Assembly (NCBI GenBank): GCA_900617105.1
Contig: UYFQ01000774.1
Coordinates: 1 to 35,956 of the forward strand
DNA from: Hydrurus foetidus
Lineage: Eukaryota
Length of the DNA: 35,956 nt
Direction: 5' to 3'
Part shown: positions 20,621 to 31,789 of the stretch, in pieces
How the letters are laid out: every line of letters begins with the position of its first letter
How positions within the stretch are numbered: position 1 is the first letter of the stretch
The notes under the pieces: model-generated
Databases searched by the model: none
Told to the model about the DNA's origin: nothing
The model's input: only the letters and a program-made list of their open reading frames with translations
Translations under genes and position numbers: made by a program

Positions 20621-23600
20621 CTACCCTGCAACGAGCTTCCGAAGCTTCTCAAATAGTGATCCATGCAGGGGCTTAGTAAGCAGGTCCGCAATCATTTCCC
20701 CAGTTGGCAAGTACTGCAGGATAATCTCCTTTTCCTCGATGTAGTGGTTAATAAAGAAATGGCGTATCTTCACATGCCTGGTACGTTCGCTCGTAGACTT
20801 GCCTCGATTTGCTAAGAAGATTGTCGACTGATTATCTTGGTAAACGACTGCAGGTCCAATCGAAACGCCATGATGGATTAGAAATTCTCGCGTCCAAAGC
20901 ACTTGCGAGAGCGCATCGGAAACTCCTACCAGCTCCGCCTCTGTCGATGATCTGGTAACGATTTTCTGTTTGCTGCTTCTCACATAGACCGTTGCATTCC
21001 CAATCTGAATAACAACACCCGTTACTGATTTCATGTCACTGTAGGTTCCAAATGATGCGTCGACATAGGCGCGGACCTCAATCAACGCGCCAATGCGAAG
21101 GGTGAGTACCCTGCCTCGTGTACCGTATAAGTACGATAGTATCCGATCTAACTTCTTCTCATCATCTTCATCAGGACAAAGGACTCTCGTGGCACAGTAC
21201 GACACTGCAGTCAAGATTTCGTTCCGAATGCGTTTTGCCAGGTAATGCAATTCCATCACGCACGAGTGAAACCATTCTTGCTTGACCTTACTGAGTTTGG
21301 GAGATAGCGGATTTGATATGAAAAGCTTTTCCGTCGCTGGAGTCTTTGCTACAGTCTTCACATTATACTTTTCTAATATATTGTCCACGTAACCATCCAT
21401 AGAGAGCATTACTTGACCGGGTACTCCGAAGTCCCAGTGTACCCCCAGAAAGTCATGCTGTTTTCCTATCCTGGACGTGATCTCAAAGTATTTCGACCGT
21501 AGGGCGTCCGCAATCGATGTGAGTGTCTCCTGTTCCTCTGAGATGATCATGAGGTCGTCAACATATACCAAGATAGTGTCTATCTTATCGTTGTTTACTC
21601 TCGTGAATGAACACTCATCATACGGATTCTTCGTAAATCCCAGGCCATGAAGAGTTGAGGATAGTTCCTTATACCACAGCACCGCCGATTCTATACAGCC
21701 GTATAGAGCTCTTCGAAGCTTCACGACGATGGTGCCATCCGGTCTCGTGAATTCGACATACTCTGGGGCCAATCTGCACAGCAACACTGTGACCTCTTTG
21801 CTTAGTCGCACATAGACTGTGTGCTCACCCATCGCGGCGTTCAGGTATGCTGCCTTGTGGTCAAGAGTCATGACGTGTTGCCTTCTGTGTGCTGCAAGTG
21901 ATGCTGCCATTAACACTGTACTGAGTGCAACCGTGGGTGATGATGTTTCTTGGTCTCTGTATAGCGATCTATCTTGTCTATGCCCCCCTGCAACAAGGCG
22001 GGCTTTCATGCGGTCGATTTGACCGTTGGGTAGTTTCTTCGGCGTTAAGATCATTTTTGATGGAATAGCTGTATTGATTTTGCTCGATTCTCTGACGAAT
22101 TCGAACACTTCCTTCTTAATCAAATTCTTTAACTCTTCTACTACAGCGCCATCTGTAACTTCAGCGCCGTATTGGGACGTTGCGCTTTTGATGGTGAGCG
22201 CAGCGTAGACGTGACGCTCTAGAGTTGATTTCCTGAAATTATAGCCTGGATTGATAGCATTGCGTGTAAGTGCAAGACTGTTGTCATCGACTGAATTCTG
22301 AGACTCTTCTTGCGTGCTAATCTCTGCGTCGACGTCATTTATCATGTCTGTAGGGATAGAGTCTGCAGGAACTAGCGAGAAATTCTCTTCTAGCGGTCGT
22401 GGCTCATTTCCGATAAGGTGTGCTGGATTCATGATCGGAGATTCGTTGATAATGTTTTCTTGATTTGACTCCTGAGGTTCCTCACGAATGTCTAAATTTT
22501 TGCCGTCATTTTCAGGTGACGTCTCTGTGGTGGTATCCGAGTCGATTGTATCTACCCCTCGATGAGGATCGAGCGCATAGGGTTTGTCGGGATTGTCAAG
22601 AGGTGACTCTGGCGGTCCGAGATCGATGTGCTGTAACGGTAAGGATCCTGCGAGTTGTTGGAGTCGTTTGATCGCTGCCTGTGTGAGAAGAGCTGGGCGA
22701 AATATATCTCCAGTGATTTCACGAAGAGTATCTAAATTCAGACATTTGTGTGTGCCTTTTAGGTTGCGCGTCGTTCCTAACCAGACGCAGTAGTCAGCTC
22801 TAGGCATCGCAGTATTACTCTGGACGGTCTGTGCACGCTGTAAAAATCCTGTCGTCCCGAATGCAAATGGTGCGTCGATTCTATAATTCGGGATTCGTCC
22901 TTTAAAAGCCGTGTACGCAGGCTGATGACCTGGTGAGTTTACCTTCGGTACCATATTCGATGTGTGAACAACAAATGCAATTAGATAAACCGCTAACTTC
23001 GATGGTAATGTGTATGGAAGGCTGTGGAGCGTGGATCGCGCCTTGTTCTTGATATGTCGTATGGCTGCTTCGGCATGTGGCGTATGGGATCCACGTCCGA
23101 GAATATTGATTTCAACGCCAAGCTTCTCAACCTCATGTCGGACGGATTTGATGGCACCTTCGCCGTCTGATGTGACGGAGGCGACGCGGAAACCTTTCGA
23201 ATGATATTGCGCAACATGGAGAAGGAGTGCCTCACCAGCCTTCGATCGAGATCGTTCACCACTCTTGTCTCCTGATGTGGCATCGTTTCCTGGACCAAGG
23301 TGGCTTACCATGATCAGACCGAGGAGGACTGATATGCTCAGGAGGAATGCCTGCCCAAGAAAGTAGAAGAGGTCTACTTGAAGATCTTGCTTGACGGATT
23401 GGTGGATTGGGATCATGTCGTTGTCGCGACATTTCGTCGCTTGTTGAGTGCCTTGGCCGAGCTGGTACGCGGCAGGTGTGCCGTAGATGTCCTGCGCATT
23501 GACTAAGTCAGATCTGGTAAATCTGATTTCTTTCATACTTCCCCTCTGTACTATTTCAGCCGCTGCTTTGTAACTTATGTAACCCATTCGCTGCATAAAT

Positions 23601-25285
23601 TGGTAGGCATCTCGAGCAGCATTCAGCTGCTTGATCGAGTATTTGGCGGATTTTGACGCGATGGTGACGACGTATGCCTGTCGTAGTGCGTTGAGGTCCA
23701 TGACGTAGTGGCCGTCCGTGCATGTGAAGGTGAGTGTAGGGCTGGTGTCGGAAATAGCAGTAAATGAATCGTGTTCGTCGTCGTAGTAGATGTCATGTGT
23801 TTCCTTCAATTTGTGATAGCTGATGATATTTGCAGCCATTTGTTGACTGTAGTACCCCCTAATTCCTATTTCATGAATTGTGCCTTCTTCTGTTATTCTG
23901 ACTCTGTCACCTGTTATCCCTTGTACTGTTACAGGTGTTAGCGTCTTCTGGATATCCCGTGTGAGAGCTGGGTTGCGAAATAGATGTATACTCGCTTGAG
24001 TGTCGAGGAGGAGGAGTGTGTCCTGATCTCCCGATACATTGGACAAGAAGACGCTCTTGGTGTGCTCCTGAGGATCATGTGGGTCAAACTGAGATGATAG
24101 GGCTCCATCCAGAGCACTTGATGCGAGGAATATAGTCTCGTCATGTTCGGATGCCGAGAAGTGTACCTTTTTATCGGGACAAGAAGAGGCACGGTGGCCT
24201 TTCTTTCCGCAGGTCCAACACACTATGACATCAGGTGTGATTGTACTCGGAATGCTCGCTGTCGCCGTTTCCGTTGACTTCGAGGGCTCCTTTTCTTGGA
24301 TCGAGGACCGACCCCTGCCACGTCCACCACGGCCTGTCCGGCCTGCCCGGCCCCGCCCCCTACCTCCGTCTATCTTGATGTCGTCGGCTCTCGTCAGGTA
24401 AATGCTCTCCAATTCACTTCCTCTTCCACCTCGGAATCTGATCACTTGAGCATCCTTGACCTCTCTCCAGAGTGTGGAGCTTAGTTCGGGTAGGTCAGCG
24501 ATCCCTCGCCTTTCATTATCCAAATAATCTCTCACTAATCCGGCATATCTTGACATGTCTAGACGGTTGAGAATGCCCGTTACCAGCTCTTCTTCTGGAA
24601 TTACTGGGAGGCCAACAGCAGTTCTTTCGAGCTGGTGGTCATCAACGCGCTTACGGAATGCGAAGCTCGTTTCGTAGGGTTGCATCCGGATGGTCGCCCA
24701 CGCCATCTGGACCCTCTCGCGATCTTGACCAGGATTGCCGCTTTGTCGTGCGATATGAGTGGCACGAATTCTTTGAATAAGGTAGAGTAGATCTCTTGCT
24801 TGATAGCTCTCTGTCCAGTCTTCATCATCTTGAATTTCACCCCTGGAAGATTCACTGAGTTGTGCGTACACCAACGCAAAAACTGCTTGCTTGTTCTCTG
24901 CTATTTTCTTAGAATCGGTTTTCCAATCCTTTTGGTCGCTCAGGAATTGGGACATAATGGCTTTCCCCAAGTTTCCAGCTGGGATTTCTTCTGGCATTAC
25001 CGGCTCCTCGTCTTCATCTCCGAAGGTAGGTGGTATGGTCCAGAATGCATGACAGATTGATGGTTTGTAGGTTATTGCTGTGTGTTCCCCCATCAACTGA
25101 AGAAACTCTATCGGCTTGTTTTCTTTCGCAGTAGCTCCAAAGTTGAGGGTTGGAAGCTCTGGATTATGGCCCTTGAATGCAGGCTCTCGTGTGCTCTTCA
25201 TCTGAGCCACTGGAGGGGCGTGTCTGCCGCGACCGGCTCCCCTTCCTGGACCTCTTGGTCCTCGACCATGACCGCGTCCGGACAT
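20621..25285 (-). CDS. Copia Gag-Pol polyprotein of element B (1554 aa)
   Basis: RG-rich Gag; CWTCGKKGHRASSC; LLDTQAS; integrase QVDLF/SDGEG/HAEAAIR; RT KARLVAGG and YVDDL; RNase H DASFG...ADLLTKPL. Confidence 0.95.
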   Translation of the reverse strand: MSGRGHGRGPRGPGRGAGRGRHAPPVAQMKSTREPAFKGHNPELPTLNFGATAKENKPIEFLQLMGEHTAITYKPSICHAFWTIPPTFGDEDEEPVMPEEIPAGNLGKAIMSQFLSDQKDWKTDSKKIAENKQAVFALVYAQLSESSRGEIQDDEDWTESYQARDLLYLIQRIRATHIARQSGNPGQDRERVQMAWATIRMQPYETSFAFRKRVDDHQLERTAVGLPVIPEEELVTGILNRLDMSRYAGLVRDYLDNERRGIADLPELSSTLWREVKDAQVIRFRGGRGSELESIYLTRADDIKIDGGRGRGRAGRTGRGGRGRGRSSIQEKEPSKSTETATASIPSTITPDVIVCWTCGKKGHRASSCPDKKVHFSASEHDETIFLASSALDGALSSQFDPHDPQEHTKSVFLSNVSGDQDTLLLLDTQASIHLFRNPALTRDIQKTLTPVTVQGITGDRVRITEEGTIHEIGIRGYYSQQMAANIISYHKLKETHDIYYDDEHDSFTAISDTSPTLTFTCTDGHYVMDLNALRQAYVVTIASKSAKYSIKQLNAARDAYQFMQRMGYISYKAAAEIVQRGSMKEIRFTRSDLVNAQDIYGTPAAYQLGQGTQQATKCRDNDMIPIHQSVKQDLQVDLFYFLGQAFLLSISVLLGLIMVSHLGPGNDATSGDKSGERSRSKAGEALLLHVAQYHSKGFRVASVTSDGEGAIKSVRHEVEKLGVEINILGRGSHTPHAEAAIRHIKNKARSTLHSLPYTLPSKLAVYLIAFVVHTSNMVPKVNSPGHQPAYTAFKGRIPNYRIDAPFAFGTTGFLQRAQTVQSNTAMPRADYCVWLGTTRNLKGTHKCLNLDTLREITGDIFRPALLTQAAIKRLQQLAGSLPLQHIDLGPPESPLDNPDKPYALDPHRGVDTIDSDTTTETSPENDGKNLDIREEPQESNQENIINESPIMNPAHLIGNEPRPLEENFSLVPADSIPTDMINDVDAEISTQEESQNSVDDNSLALTRNAINPGYNFRKSTLERHVYAALTIKSATSQYGAEVTDGAVVEELKNLIKKEVFEFVRESSKINTAIPSKMILTPKKLPNGQIDRMKARLVAGGHRQDRSLYRDQETSSPTVALSTVLMAASLAAHRRQHVMTLDHKAAYLNAAMGEHTVYVRLSKEVTVLLCRLAPEYVEFTRPDGTIVVKLRRALYGCIESAVLWYKELSSTLHGLGFTKNPYDECSFTRVNNDKIDTILVYVDDLMIISEEQETLTSIADALRSKYFEITSRIGKQHDFLGVHWDFGVPGQVMLSMDGYVDNILEKYNVKTVAKTPATEKLFISNPLSPKLSKVKQEWFHSCVMELHYLAKRIRNEILTAVSYCATRVLCPDEDDEKKLDRILSYLYGTRGRVLTLRIGALIEVRAYVDASFGTYSDMKSVTGVVIQIGNATVYVRSSKQKIVTRSSTEAELVGVSDALSQVLWTREFLIHHGVSIGPAVVYQDNQSTIFLANRGKSTSERTRHVKIRHFFINHYIEEKEIILQYLPTGEMIADLLTKPLHGSLFEKLRKLVAG

Positions 25286-25354
25286 GTCTTGATTTTACTG
25301 CCAGATACTCTCTGGACTTTCTCAGCAATCAAGATACTCTCTTGAAGCTTTAAT

Positions 25355-25365
25355 ATCTTTCTTTG
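25355..25365 (-). promoter_or_regulatory. Non-tRNA primer-binding site of element B (CAAAGAAAGAT on the minus strand)
   Basis: Abuts the 5' LTR end; exact 11-nt complement of LTR segment 25585-25595. Confidence 0.75.
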
Positions 25366-25823
25366 TGGTCGGCTAAAACCGTGAAAGCGATCTCCGGTTC
25401 CCCTAAGTGACTGTTGCAGTCAACTTTGCGTAGGAGAATAGAGACTTGTATTATTCTCTTTGTTCTTGTAAAATAACTTCTTCTTCTCTCAATGGAACGT
25501 CTTGAAGCGTATAGGCGCGCTTTCCTATACTCTCTAGACTTCCCGAAGAGGAGTTTGGATTCTGGAGCTAAATTATTTACGTGGCAAAGAAAGATGCGAG
25601 GCTACCAATATTACTCGAGCTATTTCTCATCGGCATTCATCGATATATGTCAGCTAAACTACAAAACGTACGTAATTGATTGAAGCAGTTGAAGATCTTT
25701 CTACGAATCTAAAAGGTTCAATCAAAATATCTGAGGCTACGGGCTGCTGAAGTCATCACCCTAGAAGGGCCTAGGATCAGGTATCCAGTACATCTGTACG
25801 TGCGATACTGAGAGCCTCGAACA
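25366..25823 (-). repeat. 5' LTR of element B
   Basis: Direct repeat of 19921-20378, upstream of the gag ATG at 25285. Confidence 0.95.
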
Positions 25824-25828
25824 TGCTG

Positions 25829-26114
25829 TAGTTGTATAGTATGTGTATGGATCCCGACGGACAGCGGCGTGCATCATAGCGCGCGTACCGCTGACCGTTG
25901 GCTGTGTGGGCTCGTGGAGCCATCCATTCGCCTGTCTTCAACATGGGTGAAAACGTGCAATTGTCTTGATATGTAAAGCTTCGTTGCCGTCTTGATTGAT
26001 GCCGGTGCACAAGTTTAATTATCAAGTAATTACGCAAACACACGCCTATTTTACGAGCCTTGGGTCACCGGTCGCCGAGAGTGCAAAGCATCCGGATTTA
26101 GAGATTCCCCAACA
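25829..26114 (+). repeat. Major part of the 5' LTR of element C
   Basis: Matches 31140-31425; ends CCAACA. Confidence 0.93.
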
Positions 26115-26124
26115 TAATTAAACT
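26115..26124 (+). promoter_or_regulatory. Non-tRNA primer-binding site of element C (TAATTAAACT)
   Basis: Abuts the LTR end; exact reverse complement of 26012-26021 (AGTTTAATTA). Confidence 0.75.
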
Positions 26125-26141
26125 AGATCAGCGCATTGAGA

Positions 26142-29100
26142 ATGCCGCCGAAGAAACAAGAAGAACCAAAATCAGGTGCAGAGCACTGCATGCTGAAGTT
26201 TGGGCGCCAGAACAACGTGGTGCAATGGAAGGAAGACATGCAGAACGAGGCATGCGGCCTGTACGGTATGACCGGCATGTTCTTCAGCACCAATAGGCAC
26301 TACGTCCAACCGTATCCTCGAGAGGAGGATTACAACCCCACCTTCCAAACGGTGGATACAGATTACCCGACGGCGGGTATCGAAAACGAGGAAGAAGAAG
26401 ACGGATCCGTAGACCCTGACGATGTCATGATCGGACCACAGCCTCCTCCGCCAGTGCCTACAGTGTACTCAGAGGCACTCATAGACAAACTGCGAGCCAG
26501 TGCGTTCGAAGGACGGCGCAAGGCAGTCGAGACTCAAAGAACCGATGAGCAAAAGCTGTGGTCGCTCATGTGGTCGAGGATGTCCACAGGATCCAAATCT
26601 AAGGTGCGCGAGGAGCCAGAGTTCGAATCATGTCGCCTCAGACTGGACAGCGTTCAGCTGTGGGAGTTCATCCGCAGGAGCCATCTAACCCACATATACG
26701 GTGAAGACGACTCAATGAGAGCGGTGAATATCCACGAACAGACACTGAGGTACAACTACCTCAGACAGGGTGACCGTGAGTATATCGGCGATTTCAAAAC
26801 GCGATTCGATAACCAGGTATTAGCCAACAAGGGTGTTGGTATGACAGAAGTGGAAGAGTCGATAAGAGCTATCGACTTCCTCAGTAAGTTAGACCCCAAG
26901 AGGTATACCGGTATGTTAACATTTATGCGTAATAACGCTGTACAAAACATACCAAACAGTTACCCTTCCACCTTAGCCGGAGCATACAGGGTAGCGTCAT
27001 CTTGGACCAACGCCGGCGGCGGAGTCCCCCTCGGAGCCGAGCAACATTCGGCATTCCTGACCGACAATTTGCCTACAACAAAGGAAAAAGTCCCGGGAAA
27101 GGGCTCGAAAGACAAGACAGCTGCAACAAAGAAGAAATCACCGTCAGTGATTTGCTTCGTATGCGGAAACGCCGGGCACTTCGCGAAAGACTGCGAAAAG
27201 CGCAAGCTCGGGGAGCACGCTCTGCTTGCAGCGACGGGAGATGAGTTAGAAGACGATGATGAGAGCATAGAAGCAGCCTTCGTCACGACAGATGAGACTG
27301 CCCTGTTCACGCGGAGCCACGTGTTGCTTGACAATCAAGCCTCCGTCAACGTATTTTGCAATCCGGGACTCCTAACTGACATCCGGAAATCGAGGCATGC
27401 GATCCTCCTCAACGGAGTACAGCTCGGGGCGGCTGGTGTGCGAGTTAACCAAGAAGGCTACTTCGAGGACATCGGACCTGTATATTACAGCAGCGGAGCC
27501 ACTGCCAATATACTGTCCTTCGCAGCGATGGCTGATAGCGGTGCAGAAATCCGATATGAGCATGAAGCGGGGTGCTTCATCCTGAGACCAACGGGCAGCA
27601 GTACAACGTACACCTTTAGCAGACAAGACCTGCCGGGTTCAGCGGGACGATTCTATGTGTACGATGCGAGCGACATCGCGAGACAGAAGCAGTCTAGAGA
27701 AGTCATAGAGAGAGCACTAGTCGCTACAGTTCAGGACAACATGCGGAAGTTTACGAAACGCGAGATCGCGTCAGCAGGTGAGGCCAGGGAATTGCTCGCT
27801 CGTATGGGATACCCTCCAGTTGAAATGGCGATCGCCATGATTCGAGGGGGGAACAACTTCAGCGTCTCGGAGGCAGACTTCAGGAACGCCCATACGATCT
27901 GGGGCAAATGTCTGGCGAGCATGCGGGGCAAGACTCACAAAAAGTCATCGCCCAAGGCCGATATCTCGCTAACACCTGCGCCAGCACAACAGCAGCAAGT
28001 CCTAAGCGTGGACATCATGTATCTGGAGACAACAGCGATACTTATCGCAGTATCGACCCCTCTGGACATGACCCTCGCAGTGAGCCTCATTCGACTCGAC
28101 ACTGGAAAGACCTCTCGCCAAGCGGCAGTGGTAAAGCCAGCTTTATGTGAAATGATTTCAATACTCAAATCTAGGAACTTCCTAGTGCATGTTATCATGT
28201 CCGACGGGGAAGGCGCTATCGGAAAAATGAGGCCTGACCTAATGGCACTAGGAATTGAGGTCGATGTGTCTGCAGCTGGCGGACATGTTGCAAGAATTGA
28301 AAGACGAATTCAGATGGTAAAGGAGCGTGCACGCGCTCACATATGCGGCAGACTGCCATTCACACTAACCGACCTGGGTAATTCATATCTAGCACTATAC
28401 TGCGTCTCTCGTATCAACTGTCAACAGTCAGGCTCAAGGCCAGGGGGACTCTCCCCGAGAGAATTGTTCTCGGGAAGGCGGGTTGATGGGACCCTGGACT
28501 TCCGCGCTGGATTCGGAGACTATGCCGTTTGTACAGTACCCAACACAGATAACACAATGACATCACGCACTGAAGACTGTATTGTCATGCTACCTACACA
28601 CAGCAGGACTGGCTCATTCAAGATGCTCTCACTCACCACCGGCAGGATCGTTACAAGGGATCAGTTCAAGATACTGCCGATGCCACAGTCAGTCATCGCG
28701 ACACTGAATGCCATGGCAGTCAGAGAAGGGAAGAAAATCATTCAAACTAAATTACATGTGTTTGATGAACTGCTATTCGCCAACAGCCTCGATAAGTCTA
28801 ATATGCCAACCTTCATTACCAACCCCCCCACTCAGGATGTTCCAGTCGAAGAAAGCGTGGTGCAACAACAACCAACACTCATCGACCTACCTTCAGCTGA
28901 CATCTTCGAGATTCCTCCTTCCGATGTGGGGGGGGGGGTAGCAACAGCAGCCGACATCGACACAGCAGCAGTACCAGAAGAAATCAGAATTTTGGAACTC
29001 GAACCATTCGGGGTGCACGTACAGGATGTACCCACACCATACCAACACCACACCACCAACACCCATGTACGAACCGACACCTCCAGACGACATTCCCGAC

Positions 29101-30963
29101 ATCGCACTCACACCAGACAGCGATCCAAGTGCACAACCAGCGATATCTACCGTGAGAGAGCAGCGCAGGGTGCCAACCCCAACAGAGAGAATGGTGACCC
29201 GGTCATCACGAGCGAGTGAAGATGCATTTGTGACCATCGACGAAAGCGTCACAGCAAGAGCATCCAGCACAACAGCGTCGACTCACAGCGTTGACGAGGT
29301 GCTACAGCGCCATAGGGACGAAATGAATAAGAGCAGTACAGCAAACATCAGCGTCAAGGAGGCGTTCCGCACCAGGGGTGACGAAGCCAAGCGGGTGATA
29401 GTATCAGAGCTGAAACAGATGCTGGACAAAAGGGTATGGGTGCCAGTGATGGGGGGAAAGCTGTCAGCAATGCAGAGGGCGACAACAATCAGATCCTCGA
29501 TGTTCCTGAAGCAGAAAAACAACCCAAACGGGAGCTTCCACAAACTCAAGGCGAGGCTGGTCGCAGGCGGCGACCAGCAGGACAAGAGTCTTTACGAAGA
29601 CTTATCCTCACCAACAGTGTCGACCAGCGCGGTTTTCACCCTGTTGGCCATCGCAGCACACGAGAAGCGTGCAGTCGCGGTTGTCGACATCAGCGGAGCT
29701 TACCTCAACGCAGACATGGCATTGGGAACTCCGGTACACATGCGCCTCGACCGTACTATGTCGGACCTCATCATCGGCATCGACCCGACGTACAGTAAGT
29801 ACACAGACGCGAGAGGCGGGGTCACAGTGCATTTGAAGAAAGCTCTCTACGGGTGCGTTGAGAGTTCCGGACTGTGGTACGAGAACCTACACTCGACTAT
29901 GGTAGGGCTGGGGTACGTACGGAATATCTGCGATAAATGCGTATTCAACCGGACCGGCCCGGACGGGCATCAGTGCACTGCCGCAGTTCACGTCGACGAC
30001 TTGCTCATATCGAGCGCGAGCAAGATCTCCATCAGCCATCTGGTAGATGGACTGCGCACGAGGTACGGTGAGATTACCCTATCACATGGACCTTCTATAA
30101 ACTATCTCGGTATGGCAATAGACATGCATGTACCAGGTCAAGCGATGATCACCACGACAGGATATAGCGACGAGATCGTCAAAGTGTCAGGAGTGAAGGG
30201 AGCCGCAAGGTCACCGGCCACGGAAGGGCTGTTCGAGACAAGGGAGGGAGCGGCGCTTGTCGGCGAGCCAGTGCGAGTATGGTTCCACAAGATCGTCGCC
30301 ATGGTGCTATACCTGGCCAAGCGCACTAAACCCGAATGCCTGGTTGCTGTGGCCTACCTGGCCACTCGAGTTCACAAATGCACACTAGACGACGTGGAGA
30401 AACTTCAAAGACTAGTGCGGTACATACACGCGTCGAGGGACAGCGGCGTAGTTCTGAGGCCGGGTGCAGCTGGGATATCGGTGAGGCTCTTCGTAGACGC
30501 ATCCTATGGGGTGCACAGCGACGGACGGTCACACACAGGGAGCTGCGTTGTCATCGGGGACGTTGGGGCGGTGCACTGCAGATCATCGAAACAGCTCATA
30601 GTAACGAAGTCGAGTACAGAGGCCGAGCTCGTAGGCCTTTCTGACTCGGCCAATCAGAGCATATTCATCCGCACTTTTCTCATTGCACAGGGTTACAAGA
30701 TGAAGCCGGTCACCATATATCAAGACAACCAGTCATGCATGGCACTGGTGGAGCGCGGGAGGTCCGGAGCCGAGCGCACACGCCACATCCAGATCAGGTA
30801 CTTCTGGGTCAAGGAGCGGGTGGACACCGGCGAAGTGCGAGTGGAGTACCTGCGAAGTGAAGACATGTACGCGAACGTACTGACGAAGCCCCTCCAGGGA
30901 TCGCAGTTCACAAGAGAGAGAGATGGACTCACGGGATGGTGCGCAGAGAACCCAAAGAAATAA
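26142..30963 (+). pseudogene. Copia Gag-Pol of element C, frameshifted between integrase and RT
   Basis: ORF from 26142 (Gag, CFVCGNAGHFAKDC, LLDNQAS, integrase) and ORF 29026-30963 (RT HVDDL, RNase H) are in different frames. The break lies in a C/A-rich linker ~29035-29055. Confidence 0.88.
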
Positions 30964-31108
30964 GGGTGCCAGCGACAGAGACGACGAGGCGCCCGATACC
31001 ATTTAGTTAGATATTAATGCATGCAAATCAATTCACCTTTTTACCTTTATTGCTGACATGAAAACATATTGCTGCCTGGATGCTCAACTACTGCGTGCCT
31101 GTTGGGTG

Positions 31109-31425
31109 TGTTGGAGTATCCGGAGAAAAGACACTGCTGTAGTTGTATAGTATATGTATGGATCCCGACGGACAGCGGCGTGCATCATAGCGCGCGTACC
31201 GCTGACCGTTGGCTGTGTGGGCTCGTGGAGCCATCCATTCGCCTGTCTTCAACATGGGTGAAAACGTGCAATTGTCTTGATATGTAAAGCTTCGTTGCCG
31301 TCTTGATTGATGCCGGTGCACAAGTTTAATTATCAAGTAATTACGCAAACACACGCCTATTTTACGAGCCTTGGGTCACCGGTCGCCGAGAGTGCAAAGC
31401 ATCCGGATTTAGAGATTCCCCAACA
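31109..31425 (+). repeat. 3' LTR of element C
   Basis: TGTTGG...CCAACA, followed by TSD ACAGC. Confidence 0.95.
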
Positions 31426-31450
31426 ACAGCAAGGGGGTTATTGTGCCGGT

Positions 31451-31789
31451 TGTTGGAGATATCTGAGTTTATGGCACGAACACAATCAGTGTACTTATGC
31501 TTTCGTACGGACGTACGGATTATTATGTGTGTGTGTGTGTGTGTGCGTACATGCGTGAAGACGATGGATGGATCCGTGCATCGTCACTGAATACTTCAAC
31601 AGTAGTGTATGAGTGAATGTTGTTGTTGCGTTGAAAGGGACTCGGGGACTTCAGCAGGGATGAAGCACAGTCAATTAACAAGTGATTACTGACTACACCA
31701 AGCTTATTTCACGAGTCTTGACCAAGCGATCCACGACACACGTACTGCGAGAGGCTGTACGCGGCGTCGAAACTCGAGATCCGTCAACA
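31451..31789 (+). repeat. 5' LTR of element D (339 bp)
   Basis: TGTTGG...TCAACA, with a GT tract; homologous to 383-719. Confidence 0.92.

Larger units (their letters stand above)
19921..25823 (-). mobile_element. Ty1/Copia LTR retrotransposon B, intact and nested
   Basis: 458-bp LTRs 19921-20378 and 25366-25823 with no difference seen (minus strand TGTTCG...CGACCA). TSD TGCTG (19916-19920 / 25824-25828). Confidence 0.96.
19890..31425 (+). mobile_element. Ty1/Copia LTR retrotransposon C, 5' LTR split by element B
   Basis: 5' LTR = 19890-19920 plus 25829-26114 (317 bp rejoined); 3' LTR 31109-31425 (317 bp). Perfect TSD ACAGC (19885-19889 / 31426-31430). Confidence 0.95.

Noticed and set aside
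28928..28938. G11 run as the frameshift site in element C
   Set aside because: The original frame still reads as plausible linker for ~30 codons after it; the break is nearer 29035-29055.
31431..31440. AAGGGGG before the D LTR as a PPT, making it a 3' LTR
   Set aside because: It is more than 10 nt from the LTR, and that LTR is followed by a PBS and gag, so it is a 5' LTR.
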